DNA of 64,000 nucleotides, filler included, from Basidiobolus ranarum (lineage: Eukaryota): the NCBI GenBank assembly GCA_040143965.1. It is 13 parts of 13 records of this genome, joined end to end, with 100 filler letters (N's around TTAATTAATTAA, not from the genome) between each part and the next. Parts side by side here need not be neighbours in the genome. Positions count along the whole stretch, not along the records: positions 9,914 to 14,768 come from JASJQH010001807.1; positions 14,869 to 19,721 come from JASJQH010001808.1; positions 19,822 to 24,667 come from JASJQH010001809.1; positions 24,768 to 29,611 come from JASJQH010001810.1; 9 more parts are not named here. One strand, 5' to 3'. Of the stretch, positions 13,443-27,553 are shown in pieces (the first letter of the stretch is position 1; each line of letters begins with the position of its first letter). The notes below the pieces were generated by a model. That model had not been told where the DNA came from and did not search any database. It saw only the letters and a program-made list of their open reading frames with translations. A program made the translations under genes and the position numbers.

Positions 13443-14768
13443 TCACGATTGTGTTTCAGAGTCTTGAATTACCTCGATCTCTTGCGACTGATTGTTATAG
13501 TATTGCTCCGGCAATTGTGTATGCTCTGAGCGTGAGCATTCCGAAGGAAAGTGTCGCTCAGGTAGTTTAAGGATAGGGCTTTCCCAAATACGACCAGGGT
13601 AGTATGGCGGACCTCTAGCATTGTCGGGTGTTAGCATCGGTGAATAAGGCTTAGAGTATTGAAACCTAGGGGCCTCAGGCGTATACGATGGTGGTCCTCG
13701 GTAGTCGGTAATACGAGGAAAGGAATCGGAAGCCCCGTATCTAAATGGGTTATAGATACGTTCATAATAATTATCTCTATAAGTCAAGGGCGATAGCCTC
13801 TCAATTTGCATTTGATCTGTAGGTGTTCTTCTGAGAGCAACTGTAGCTGGTGGAAAAGATATAGGCGAAAGACTCCGTGAATATATATCCGAATATCTCT
13901 GATCATTTCTTGATTGAGCAGGATGTAGACCATTGCTTGGAGGAATAAAAGGGGCGGTCAATTGAAGATCAGTTGTATTTGTATTGCAAAGATAGCTCAG
14001 TCCAGAATTAGGAGAAGATATCGACACTGAGTTGATGCCTGGAATATTGTCATTAAGGTTATCTCGGTTCTCTGAAATATAAACAATCTTAAGTAAATGT
14101 TAAGAAGTGGAAGAGTCCGACTGAAACTTTTATAGTACCATGTCTATGAAGGGCGCCTTGCCCATCCGATATAGATGGCTCCATTGGATTTGCCCGGTAC
14201 ATTTCTACCTCTGGGGCACGATCGGGATATACCACTGTTGATCTAGCTCCTGTATGGGAGCTGATCTGCATAGGTAAAGGGATCTCTGCAAGGTTAGGAA
14301 ATCGCTGACTTAGCGGCATTGTCGAAGCAGAAACGCTCTCAGAACGTTTGAACATCACAAATGTATCCTCATCCTCATCACTGCCACTCTCCAATGTTAG
14401 ATCTATAACCTCGCTCTTCCGTTTTTTAGATCCAGTGGTTTTAGAGTCGCTGGAATCCAATTGAAGGTCTAAATCATCTGGATCCATAATTTGCTTGCTC
14501 TTATCTTCTTGAATGAACCAATCCCCATTAGGTTCTACAAGAATACTCTCGATACCCTCAGGTACCTTTTGAAGAATATCCTCGAAATACCTACAAACGA
14601 TCAAACATGATTAGTGATACCCACAACAAATCAGATATAAGATGTCGAGTACAAACCCATCTACAACAATGGTATCCCATGCTAAGGAGCGATTGCAAGT
14701 CGGGCAAGTCCAGGTCGGAGTTTGTTCATTCATTGTAAAAAATGTGAACCCATCAAAGCTTTGGATGT
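13443..14768 (-). CDS. SIZ1: Siz/PIAS SUMO E3 ligase, 3' part (end of SP-RING, SIM, disordered tail)
   Basis: HIQSFDGFTFFTMNEQTPTWTCPTC..IVVDG|YFEDILQ..VEPNGDW, then the SUMO-interacting motif EVIDLTLESGSDEDED. Confidence 0.88.
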
Positions 14769-15539
14769 NNNNNNNNNNNNNNNNNNNNNNNNNNNNNNNN
14801 NNNNNNNNNNNNTTAATTAATTAANNNNNNNNNNNNNNNNNNNNNNNNNNNNNNNNNNNNNNNNNNNNCTAAGTGATATTTGACTAAATAATGTTGACTA
14901 ACTAATATGTGATATATGAAATAGTTAGGTGTATAAAGATAGGGATAACATATATGATAAAGCCAATAAACTTCAACAATATATATGTAAGCTTAATTGC
15001 TGGCCAGCAAACAGATTTTGTTCACTAGACAAGAGTGTCTATTAAATTATGAATCGGTGAGAAAATTGCAGCTCCAGCAACTATGGCTTTGAAATTTGGC
15101 ATATATTAGCTGAGTGTGCTGTAAATAATTGTGAAAACTCCATTTCTTCTCATGAGCTAGATTTGTAATGATTACCAATTCAATCTGCTAAATAACAGCA
15201 TTTAAAAAAACATGGCTTTTCTGTTTTTCTTCATGCATCACTAAGAGATATTTTGGTGTGGTTCTGACTTGCTCATCAATCCTCCAATCAGAGTGATTGT
15301 TGATTCTTGGAATGCTATGGCTCAGCTAATTTTAAATTTTGTGGCTTTAAACTTTTTGAGTTAGTATTTTTGCTACTTTTGACAATTCTGCATAGCTTTT
15401 TGTAACATTTTTCTATCTGTAGCAAATAAACAGTGATGGGTAACCATTGCAATATATGACAGCACAGAAATCAATACTGTATCAGTGAGTACTTTGGTAC
15501 TGGATCAATGATCTAGATATGGGTTATTGCATCATGATA

Positions 15540-18500
15540 ACAGTGTTTTGGAGATTTAGAAGTGTTTTAAACAGGATTTGAAATTGTGAATTAGACATTT
15601 GGATTTTATTGAATTGGGTGGTCCTATTTATAGGAAACTATATATATATGACTATTAGATATTCTTAGATCATAGAAAACTTTCCTGTAAGGCATGAGTG
15701 AAATTTGAGATTACTTGGAGAAATCATGAGGAAATAGTAAATATTGGCATCAGTGATCTGATTAATATTTCTATCAATTAGAGCAATAAACTCACATTTT
15801 GGGATGGCAAAATTGAGTACTAAATAATCCGAGTAAGAATAAACTGACTATTGATGATGAGTTGCTATTTATCTCAAATAAATTTTCCTACTCAACTAAT
15901 TATTTTGTATTTCTCTTACGTCTAACTTATATCTTAATAATTCATAATGTACTTTATTGTACTTTAGCTAAAGGTTTGGTTAAGATGTCAGTAATTATTT
16001 CTTCAGTAGAGCAATAGGCCAGTTGAAGTAGAACATTGTCTATTGCTTTTCTAACAAAATGAAGCCTAATATCCATAAGCTTTGTTGTACCATGAAATGC
16101 AGGGCTTTTAGCTACTGAAATGAAACTTTGACTATCCTTAAATACAGTAATAGCATGTTTTGCATATATCCCAAGTCTGTAGACAACTTCCTTAACCACC
16201 TAGCTTCCTGTGTAGTAGCAGAGGCAGCCATATACTCTGCTACTACAGTGGAAAGATGTTTAGTTGGTTGTTTCTGACTATTCCAAGTAATGGAACCATT
16301 ACCTTATAAAAGAGTATAACCAGTAGTTGAACTTCTATCAAGAAGCTTTCTTCCCCAGTTAGCAGCAATGTAGCCTTCAAGATTGTGGGTACTATCATGC
16401 CAGAGTGTTCCAGAACTAAATCATCAGCTCCCCTTTTTCTTGCTTTGGATTCCCATGAAATATCTTAATTGACCCATATCAGTCATCTGAAAAGGGTTTG
16501 ATAAGCTGCTTTTTGTCTAATTTACTATTTCTGGATTATTTGTAGCAATGAACAAGTCATTCACATATAGAGCCAAGATAAGCTTCCCATATCCAGTTGC
16601 CTTGATCTAAGTACTCTTATCTGCTGTGCATCTTAGAAATTTCAGTGATTTCAAATAGGTATCCATTCTGTTGTTCCATGACCTGTGAGCTTGCTCAAGT
16701 TCATATTGCAACTTTGGTAGTTGACACACCAAATCATGGTGTTTTAGGTCTTCAAATTCCTTTGATTGTTGCTCATAAATCTTTTCTTCTGGATTTCCAT
16801 TCAGAAAGGCTATTTTTACATCCATTTACTGAAAATCAAAGTTATGGATGGCTGAAAGTAGCAGGATCACTGTCATGGAGCTACAATTTGCTGTGGCAGC
16901 AAGGGTAGTACTAACATGAATCTCAGGAGTTTGGGGAGAACCATATAGAATTGATTATGATTTGATATTTCTATGGTTCCATTGGCTTGGCCTTGACTAT
17001 ATAGACCCATTAACAACCAATTTGCTTTCTCCCAGATGGTACAGGCCTTAAAACTCATGTTGAACTGTCATGAAGTAAAGAAATCTTAACTCACATTGCT
17101 CTTTCCGCTAAATTTGATTTTGGACACTCCAGAGCTTAATCAAAAGTCAGTTGCTGGTCATGTGCATGAGCATAGATATCATTGGACGTGTTCCCTCAGC
17201 TGCCTGGCATATTTTCCTTTGGGATGATCTTCCAGTTTCTGAATCAACCTCTGATTTAATTGGGGTTGGAAATTTAGCCAAATTGGGCTGAGATACAGCT
17301 GGAATTGTGTCAGACACTGTCTAATCAGTGCTGAATGTGTTTCTGGATCAAGAATTGTGATTTAAGGTGCAAAATTGCCTCTTCATCAAAATTGTGTGTA
17401 TGTACTTGATTAGCTTATGCCTTTGGGTATTTAACAGTCTGTGGGCCTTCAATCCATCACATTAATCCAGAAATAAGCATTTACTACTTTTGTGTTCCAA
17501 TCAAGATCATGTTTAAGCTGTAATTTGATAATTGGTGGTGCAATCAAAGTTCATTAAATGATCCACACTTGGTTTTGTTCCATATAGGTCCCCAATTGGA
17601 GTAGCTTTTTTTAGGAATCTTGGTGGTCATCTGTTTAGAGAATGACCACAGTGGAGACATGTGAAGCCCAATATTGGTAATGTGACTTTTGATCATGTAA
17701 CATTGATCTTGCTATCTCCACTATGGCCTTATATTATGCTTTCTGCAACTCCATTTTGCTGAGATGTATATGGTATGGTAGTTTGTTGCTAATTTCCATG
17801 TTTAGTATAATAACTTGCAAAGTCTCTGCAGTGGTTTTCTCCACAATTCTCACTGCTTGATATCTATTTTTTGTACTGATTCTTTTTCTACCATAGCTCT
17901 ATAGTGCAAGAATGTAGTTTAGACTTCAGGCTTTGATTTGAGAAAAAACACCCAATTATTTCTTGTTTAGTCATCATCAAAGGCTATAGAGCACCATTGC
18001 CCTTCCAGTATGATATTCTGGACTTGGGGCAGATTCTTGCAGGATCCAATCTCTAAAGCGCTTGAAAAAGCTGACAGTGATGTTTTCCATAAAAGCAGCC
18101 TTCACCCAGAACCAATTTAGAGAAATTTTCAATCTCTAAGCCTAAACCTAACTGATTTTACATAATTCGTGTGAGTTTTTGAGCCTCAATGTTGTCAAAT
18201 CTTTTATGCCATGTTTTGAAGCATGTATCACTAGTTTCGGCCAATTTTATATGCTCATGATGTAATTTGTTGAATTCTTGCTTTTATATGTTTTGAGTTT
18301 GGATCCCATTATCCAATTTGTTAGTATTCTGATATATGATAGTGCGTCCCACCTTGCTGAATGTAAAGATTAGTACTTGAGCTGTTGCTCTCTTACTATG
18401 AGTAGATTCTTAGCTGTATTTAGTGCAGAGAGTACTTCTTCCAATTTTGCATATGGTGTCAATGATTTGGGTGTATATTGAGCACAACTTTGCCCTTTCC

Positions 18501-19250
18501 AACTGCATATGGGGCATAGTCATCTGCTAAGTAGACTTTTCTTGTTTAGATGGGATTTAAGCTAATAATTGCATCTTTTTTTCTTGACATATGATAGAAA
18601 TTTGTAGTCTCATAGAGTCTCTCCAGTGTTTTAAACTTATTTTGAATGTGTTTAATGTGTGTACCTCAGTTAAGAGTCTCTGAGATGTTGACAAAATGTA
18701 GAGAGTGCCTTCCTCTGCCACTTGTGAGAGGCAAGGATAGCTTCTTGTAGTGCCTTTGGCTCAATTTCTTTTTCTGTAACAAATTCATCAAGGTCATTGA
18801 CTTTCAGCTCCATTTGTATCTTTGACTTCCAAAGGTGAAAGTCTTTACCGTCAAACTACTCTGTGTATGCAAGAATATTGGTCAAAGTACTGGTAGACAT
18901 TCTTTTGACAGTTAGATTGGGTCTACCAACCTGATCAAAGTGTTTGGCAGATTTTGAAGTGTTTTGGACAAGATTTGGATTTATGCATTAGACACTGTAG
19001 TTTTATTGAATTGTATAGATCCTGTTTTTATTTTACTATGATATAATATTAAAGAACTTGCTTAGATCATGCCAAACATGCCTGTAAAGTAAGGGTGAAA
19101 ACCTAATGTTATTGGGAGATGTTTTGAGACACAGGCAGAAATTAGTAGAAGTGATCTAGCTCATATTTTAATCAATGAGAGCAACAAACACATATTCTTG
19201 ACTGGCTGAAATGAGTGCTAAATAATCAGAATATGACCAAAATGTACCAA
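15540..19250 (-). mobile_element. Decayed Ty1/copia element retaining both LTRs
   Basis: Family A LTRs at about 15540-15885 and 18932-19250; gag start FDGKDFHLWKSKIQMEL near 18850; integrase QQNGVAE; RT MDVKIAFLNG and LYVND (decayed YVDD); RNase H TKLMDIRLHFVRK..DILTKPL. Confidence 0.88.
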
Positions 19251-20324
19251 CACCATCTGCAAAATTAGTTGATTTACTCTATGTACCTGATATAGCTAAG
19301 AATCTACTCTTAGTTGGCCAAACAAAAACTCAATGACTAAGTTCATGTTCAGCAAGGCTGGACTTACTGGCACGGATCAGATTACTACCAAATTAGTTAC
19401 TGGGATCAAAACTCATAACTTACACAAGCTAGAAATCAACTAATTGCACTCTGAGCATGTTAACCTGGCCAAAACCTGCCAAAATAAGCTGTCAAATGTG
19501 ACATAGAAGATTAAGCCACATTGGGGAACAAAAACTGACTCAAATGATTGGAAATCAGCTTTTTTCAGGCTGAGAAATTGAAAATATCAACCAATTGGAT
19601 CTGTTGTTGCACAGTTGCCAATCAACTGTGGTAAAAGTGTAAGAAAACCAATAAACACCTGGTTGATAAGATTGGATTGAACTCTCCACTCCTCAATAAT
19701 CAAAGCTGCTTCCTTTACTGTNNNNNNNNNNNNNNNNNNNNNNNNNNNNNNNNNNNNNNNNNNNNTTAATTAATTAANNNNNNNNNNNNNNNNNNNNNNN
19801 NNNNNNNNNNNNNNNNNNNNNACTAGAAAGCATCACCAGGACATTATCCTCGTTCCCGCTACCAAACAGTAAATCACAGGGCGCTGTTTTGTATAAACTC
19901 ACCTGCTATGCTCGCTATTATAATCCATTAACAAATGAATTGCCAGCTCATGGGATACGTTGGCATTAATGCTCTTTAGCTTGTACCTCTCAACCTCCAA
20001 CAAGATTCGGCTTTATGTATTATTAGTACAACTGATGTATTACAAATAAAAAGAATCCCATGGTTGTTCCCTATTAAGGAGGGAAATATTAACACTCCAG
20101 AATACAACCGATGCCTGGATTTAACCATCCTGAAATCGGGAGTATAATATCCGTATGCCGCATGCCGATATCCCTCACATAGTTAGAATTGATTTCAAAA
20201 GAATCCGTAAAACTTTTTACTTGTGCAACCCGGTAACCTTGCCATATTAATTTTAAGTTTGGTGCAAACGTAATATCTATTCTTTCTCCTTCAATTCGTT
20301 CAACGAACACTATCTTTCTTTAAG

Positions 20325-22050
20325 ATGGAGACAGTTCAGAGTTTCACTCCAATTGCTGACTTTTTCAACACAATTTCCTCCGTTCTTCACTCCTTATACT
20401 CTCATATTCCTGGCTCCTCTATTGTCATCCGCTACATCAAGAACTCCTACCAGAATGACCCTTTCCGTGTGGTTCTGGAACTATGCTTGATTTTCTTTGC
20501 TCTTCGTTACCTCCTTGCTAAAAAATATCGTATCGATAGCAATTACATCAAACTTACTGAAAAGGTATTTCATTTTGACTTTTTTCTGCTAGTGTATCCG
20601 TTAACACAACTATTGCTGTATTTTAGGAAGTTGAAGACTTGGTTGAAGAATGGCAACCTGAATCCTTAGTTCCTACCCTCTCCGACTATGATAGAACTGT
20701 TTTAGACAAAGTACCAATTGTCGCTGGGTAACTATTCCTCAAATATCTATAGTCGCCTATTTTTCTTGGGCTAAACCTGTATCATATCAACAGTCCCCCT
20801 GGTCCAAAACAAAAGCTTGCCGATGGTAGAACTGTGCTTAACTTTGCTTCATTCAACTTCTTGGGATTAATGGCCAACGAGGATATTAAAACCGAGGCTA
20901 TCGATACTCTACGCAAATACGGTGTGGGTTCATGCGGTCCACCTGGTTTCTACGGCACCCTTGGTAAATTTTAGCTAATAATGCATCGTGATGATTATGA
21001 AAATAATGGGATTAATCTGATTTCTTTTAAACAGACGTTCACAAGCAACTTGAAAAAGATATCGCCAATTTCTTGGGAACCGAGGAAGCCATCATTTACT
21101 CTCAAGGATTCTCTACCATCTCCAGTGTCATTCCTGCTTACTCTAAAAGAGGAGATATTATTGTCTGCGATTCTGGTGTTAACTTCTCTATTCAAAAGGG
21201 TGTTCAAATTTCTAGAAGTGTTGTTAAATACTTCAAACATAACGATATGGATGATCTCGAACGTGTCCTCAAAAGCATTCAGGAAGAAGATATTAAGGTT
21301 AAGCGTCCATTGACTCGTCGTTTCATTGTTGTTGAAGGTTTATACTTGAATTATGGTGATATTGTGCCTTTGGCCAGATTAGTAGAGTTGAAGAACAAAT
21401 ATAAGTACCGCATTATTTTGGATGAAAGTTTGTCTATCGGTGTGTTAGGAAAGCGTGGTGCCGGTGTGACTGAGCATTCCGGGGTTCCAGTTGAAGAAAT
21501 TGATTTCCTAGTCGGATCCATGTGCCATGCTCTTACTTCATCTGGTGGCTTTTCAGCAGGTGCTCGTGAAATTATTGATCATCAGAGACTTTCTGGTTTG
21601 GCCTACACATTCTCTGCTTCCCTTCCAGCTGTCTTGGCCGTCAGTGCCCGTGAAGGATTGAGTATCATTCAAAAGAATCCAGACCTCATTAATAATCTCC
21701 GCAGTAACATCACCGTACTCCGTACTACTCTTCTTAATGTTCCTTCCATCACACTTGGTGAGGCTCATGAACAATCTCCAGTGATTCATATTCGCATTCA
21801 CTCTAGTGTTATTGAGAAACTTAATTTGAGCAAAGATGACCAGGAGAAGATTCTTCAAGATATCGTCGACGAGGCTGAGAAGGACGGAGTTCTTCTTACT
21901 CGCTCTATGTATGTTCATAGCCAAGAACTCGCGATACCTTTACCTAGTATCCGTATTTGCCCTTCTGCTGCTCATACTAAGAAGGAGACCGAAAAGGCAG
22001 CCAGCACCATCAAATCAGTCATCACCAAAGTACTAAACAAGCGTAAGTAA
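20325..22050 (+). CDS. LCB1: Serine palmitoyltransferase subunit 1, 4 exons
   Basis: [98 protein letters not shown]. Confidence 0.97.
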
Positions 22051-23729
22051 ACTGAAAGTTGAGACAGCGGTTCTGCGTTAACAGTGCGTGCTTAAGAATG
22101 AATACTTCATTCCATAGATTCTATATTCGGCCATAGTATTCATATTAATCATTAGTATTTGAATGGCTGTTTTTTATTATTACTCTCAAATTACGGTGAT
22201 ATTACTACCGTAGTGTTCTATTTATCTACGTTTATTTAATAGCTTTAGTTTTTCTTTATTCAACTTCTACCACATGTATAGTTTCTTTATCATTTGAAAA
22301 CAATACAATAAATATGGAAGAAATCCTTTGACTTATTTGGATAGGCTGATGCCTAATCGTAAATCCTTCGGCCCTGCGTCCACTATCATCGTGCAGAAAT
22401 GAGACGTATATATTTAGAGAGTGTGTATCAGATGTTGGAAACGATTAGAAACCAGTGCAAACGTATACAGTGAAGATCAATATCATGATGGGTATCCTTC
22501 ACAATAGAAAATGATTCTAAAATAGGTCGGACTCGCGTCGCTTCATTGGGAATGATTGTAAAGCATGATCTTAATACAGAAAGAAGTACATTTAAAATCA
22601 CTAACCTAGCTTATCTCTAATGCAACATCCATTTCAATATGGTCCCTTCTCGGGACATGGCTGCCCAGGAATCAATCAAATGCGTCATCTCATGTATCCT
22701 TGATATTGCCGATAACGCAATGAGGCCAGTACCTCAAAAGAGTACATGCAATATTGTATTCGCAATAAGGCGTCGAAGTCCAGATGGGTAGAATAACAGG
22801 TACTTTGGTTGAGGTCTCAAATCGAACATAATTAACGTGGAATAGAAATATGGAATTAACTGAGCACCAACTCTATCATGGCATGCGATTAGAGAGCTGT
22901 CCAACTTCAACGCTCTATATATAAGTAATACACATGCTCACACAGCTGTCTCCACAGTGACTTTTAGTCACCTTGAGAGTGTAAATACAGTTACACACGA
23001 CACTCGATAGAAATCAAACATATTTACAACTTTGACACAAAGAAACGGATTACTGTCATTGAACATACTCCTCGACACATATATGGCTCATATATATACT
23101 CTCATAGCTTGATAGCATCGATATTTGGTTGGATTCCGTGATAAACTCACATATTATAAAGTAGAAACTAATTGGACCAGCCTGGTAGTAGGTCACCAAA
23201 CACAAATTGGTAATAGTTGGCACTATTACAACTGCAAAAATATGATATTTTGGACATCAACCTTTCTCAAAGCTTGTATTGGTGTATGTGGAAACATGCC
23301 TATTGCTCTTTAAGTAATTGTAGGAGCTATAAACTCCATACACGTAAATGCACAAAACTGATGAAATTATTGTGATATTAAATTTGATAACTTGGAGTTC
23401 GTTATTCATATGAGCAAAGCAAAGTATCCTCATGATATTCAATTTGTACCACACTATCATTTACCAAGCTGTGACGCACAGGACTAGTAGAATCTAAAGC
23501 AACTTGGATTTTTATAATGTAATAACATATTTCATTGCCTTTTGTATGCTTAGCGTTGTTGAAATAAGCATGGCCTAAACATCTATATAGTCACATATAG
23601 CTTAGTATTCAGTTATTCCATATCTCACAAAGATATCACCCATTATTCTCAATTGGAATTTACTTAGAATATTTTTTCCAACTTGGAAGTTCTCAGATAT
23701 ATAGATTTTTCAGACTTGCACTAGAAGCC

Positions 23730-24667
23730 CCAAGCTTTGTACACATACTCCAGAGACCTTCCACAACAGATTGTACACATTTGTTTGCTTACATCTTGAT
23801 AAAACTATAAATGTCAACTTCTACTCAATAAATCAATAAGTGAATACCATCAATTTCTCTATTTTCTCCAAGCCACCTCCAACATGCTCCCAAAATCCAA
23901 TGTAGTCATATAGCTAGCACGCCGAATTCCATTACTTTATTGTTCATTATCTTCAGGAGGAATTTGCCCTCAATACTTTTACAAACTTGTGCAGGAGACC
24001 CCAAACTTTGTAGACATGTTCCTGGGTTCTTCCTATGCATTTCTTACATATTGGTTTGCCTATCCTCTTATAAAAGTATTAATATCAACTTGTGCTTAAC
24101 TAATCAGTAAGTGAAAATCACTAATTCATCTTGTTCTCTGAATTACTTCCAACAGCTCCCAAAATATATCAGCAATCCTCAGACTCAAATGAGTCAGTCA
24201 ACCCAGTAATATCAATCCATTGCATAGCAGTAACTGCTCCAGTACAAGAATAATTCAACAGTATTATATTATTATTCATGTGCAGAGCTCTAATGATTCA
24301 ATGGAACCCACATTGCCGACTATAGAGCAATCTCTAACAAAAATGAATTATGCTCACATGCAATACCTTGTAGTCCATATTTATAATTAACAGGAAGTGT
24401 TGCTCTGGAGAAATATGATACCTCCATTAAAGTGTTCTTAGAGTTTGTTAGGAGTGGTACAGAGAACTATAAGAAATGATATTTTCACCTATTGATTTGT
24501 TGAGTTGAAAGTTAACATTTATAGATATATCTGTCAAAGTATTTGGGAGCCTGTTGGAAGTGGTTTGGAGAATTAGAGAAAGTGGTGGTTTTCACTTGTT
24601 GATTTATTGAGTTGAAGTTGACATTTATAGTTTTGTCAAGAAGTAAGCAAACTAAGATGTAGCATAT
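23730..24667. repeat. Cluster of LTR fragments (family B) in direct and inverted orientation
   Basis: Core ATAAATGTCAACTT..CTCAATAAAT..AGTGAAAACCA..CTCCAAACCACTTCCAACAGGCTCCCAAAT at about 23785-23895 (+), 24055-24165 (+), 24440-24525 (-) and 24535-24660 (-). Same as the LTR at about 56905-57008. Confidence 0.75.
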
Positions 24668-24850
24668 NNNNNNNNNNNNNNNNNNNNNNNNNNNNNNNNN
24701 NNNNNNNNNNNTTAATTAATTAANNNNNNNNNNNNNNNNNNNNNNNNNNNNNNNNNNNNNNNNNNNNTGTTTTGCTTCAACTGCTAGTATGGTTCTGATA
24801 GAATTAAAATTTGTTACATGGGCAAAAGCTTTATTGTAGATCACACGAGT

Positions 24851-26389
24851 ATGCCAGAATCAGGAACCCTTTTTTTCCCGGAAGACTATGCGCCAGATAC
24901 TTTCAAACTCATCGAACTTCCACCTAAAGTAGAAGAGCTGATGGAAGAATGCCGAGACTCTGGCATCACCATCAAGTAAGTGAAAATACTCCCATCCAAG
25001 TGATGCCCATTTAAACGAATACATTTACTCCCTTAAAGCTTGACTTTGTGTTTATGTTACTTGTCAGAACTCCCCCTCTCTCAGTCTCTAAATTTAAGTC
25101 TACTATCTAGTTTTTCCATTCGTGGAGGTCTTGAAGAAGAGGCAGTATTCTGTACTCCCAATGAAACCTATCAACTGAAAGAAGTACTCACCTCTAATTC
25201 CTTATACGTTGTAACCCCCGAGAGAGATAGGTCAATTACTCTATCTCATGGCACAATACCTGAAGGAAGTGTTCCATATCAGATTGTAGATAAACTTAAT
25301 TCTATCGTCGAGTTAATTCAAGTTCCACCCAAACTGAACAAAATCCCCTTGCTGATTGGGAATTCTTTGTATCGAGGACCAAGTGAAGATGCAGAGGTTA
25401 CAGCTAAACAGGTAATCAGACATGAGAAGTAACAAGTATGTCCTCAAATAACTCAATTTGGGATTATTTTTCCATTTAGACCCTACATCGTTGGGAAGAT
25501 CTTCAAGCCCTAGTTCAAGCTAGTGATGAAGAACTGAGATATGGCCTGAAAGAAGTTAATGCAGTTTGTATAGATGGTCAGTACTGTTTGCGTTCTTTAC
25601 AACGTACAAAAGAAAACCAATTGACATCGCACTCTCTCTCTTCGCTCTTCCATAGGTTACTGGAGAATGATAGACCCAGGTTATCTCTCCATTGTACTGG
25701 AGCTAATACTCAACCTAATAAGCGCTGAAGAAATAAACCCCGAAGCACTTGAGCCAGAACGATTTCTGACAGAGCTTGCTGATGCCGAAATTCCGGAATT
25801 TATTGTGACCCATTGTCTATCCAGCTTCTCCCATCCAAATTCAGGTTCGACCCAAGATTACTGTATTCTTCTTTCGGAGAATTACTAAGACTTTTACCTC
25901 ATGATTAGATGATACACTTCGACTCGACAAAGATAAAGTGTGTCGATTCGTTGGAGAGCATTTGTTAGAAGAAAGAAATGACCATAAATGGCCTGAAAAA
26001 GTATTTATCGATACGTGGCAGAAGAAAGTCGATATATTTCCAGTTAATCTTACCCTACTTGAAGTAAATAATTGATTCACTGCTTCAATTTTCCTACCTC
26101 TTTCTCTAACTCTACTTATTTTACCCTCTAGGGGCTTTACTTTACTGAAGTGTCAATCAACAAAGAGCGTTACATTACCTATGTCCCTATCAGCTCCCTT
26201 CCAACCGATCCAGCTGGTCGATTCCGACAATTATTCTTACTAAAGCCCAGGGGGGCAGCGCACGAAATTCTTCCATATATATCAGATCTCGCGATAGGTA
26301 AGAAGCGAGATGCATTGTTATTGTAATTTGCTCGTACCATCACAAATGGGGGAGGCATATCTTATACTAGCCGACAGAGACTAATGTGA
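24851..26389 (+). CDS. DCC1: Sister-chromatid cohesion protein Dcc1 (Ctf18-RFC), about 6 exons, with in-frame TAA at 26324-26326
   Basis: FKLIELP, IRGGLEEEAVFCTPNETYQLKEVLTSNSL, LVQASDEELRYGL, GLYF..SSLPTDPAGRFRQLF..ILPYISDL..DALLL*FAR..SYTSR. Confidence 0.88.
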
Positions 26390-26881
26390 GATGGGTCTCA
26401 AGTGGTATGACTAGACCTATCCATCAAAACACCCTCTAATTGCCCTTCATCTATGTATTTGCGGGTGAATAAGACATGGGATCTCTTCGATTAGTAATAA
26501 AGGGTTCTCAAGAGTTAGTGCTATCGGACCTTCGCATAAACAAGTGTGTAGATGCACTTGTCCAAGTCTACATAGAAATAAATCATGTGGCAAGCTACCC
26601 TTGCCAATACCTCAACGGTTCAAGAGCGTTATTCAACATCTATTTGGATGTAAGGAACTAACAGTCACCACCAATATACAATTTGAAGTGATTTCTCAAT
26701 TTGTCGCTGTTTACCATTTTTCGGTAGGCTAAAGAATTTTTTTGATTTCCAAGTAATCATTCACTCAATCATCTGATTGGTGAATCTCTGGAATTTCGTA
26801 AAGCTCAAAACCGATGCAGGTGCTCTTTAAATCGTTCTCTTTCGGTGTGGATAATTCTTTCGTCTGCAGAAATTAAGCAAT

Positions 26882-27553
26882 ATGGTAAGAACCAGTAAAT
26901 GTTTAGTCAATACCTGTATGTGTTGTTTCTAAAGTCTGAAACGAAATGGTGTTACAATTTACCGATGATGAGAGTTAGCATGAGGTCTCTTACCGAACCT
27001 AGTCCATTTTCTTGAATTATCCATCCATCACAATCGTTTATTATCCAACACCTATGATAGTATGCCGTATTATAACCAATTGCTAACTTCTAATTGATAT
27101 TTTTAGGCTGACTCTCAACAATCCACTGAACTCAAGAAGAAGAGAACTTTCCGCAAGTACTCTTACCGCGGAGTTGACCTTGATCAACTTTTGGACTTGT
27201 CCAGTGAACAGTTCATGGAGTTGGTCCATTGCCGTGCCCGCAGAAAGTTCAACCGTGGACTTAAGCGTAAGCCCATGGGTCTCATCAAGAAGTTGAGAAA
27301 GGCCAAGACTGAAGCTCCTGCCAATGAGAAGCCTGAAGTTGTCAAGACCCATCTCCGTAACATGATCATTGTTCCCGAAATGATTGGTTCTGTTGTCGGT
27401 ATTTACAACGGTAAAACCTTCAATCAAGTTGAAATCAAGCCTGAAATGATCGGTCACTACCTTGGTGAGTTCTCTATCACCTACAAGCCTGTCAAGCACG
27501 GTCGTCCCGGTATTGGTGCCACCAACTCTTCTCGTTTCGTTCCTCTCAAGTAA
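26882..27553 (+). CDS. RPS15: 40S ribosomal protein S15 (uS19); intron 26885-27106 directly after ATG
   Basis: [75 protein letters not shown]. Confidence 0.98.

Noticed and set aside
14755-14768. SP-RING motif reads HIQSFD instead of HxQCFD
   Set aside because: Single-base difference about 10 nt from a contig end; cannot be separated from a sequencing error.
26324-26326. TAA read as a sense codon (alternative genetic code)
   Set aside because: TAA is the normal terminator of LCB1, RPS15 and URA2 here, and long ORFs have no internal TAA.
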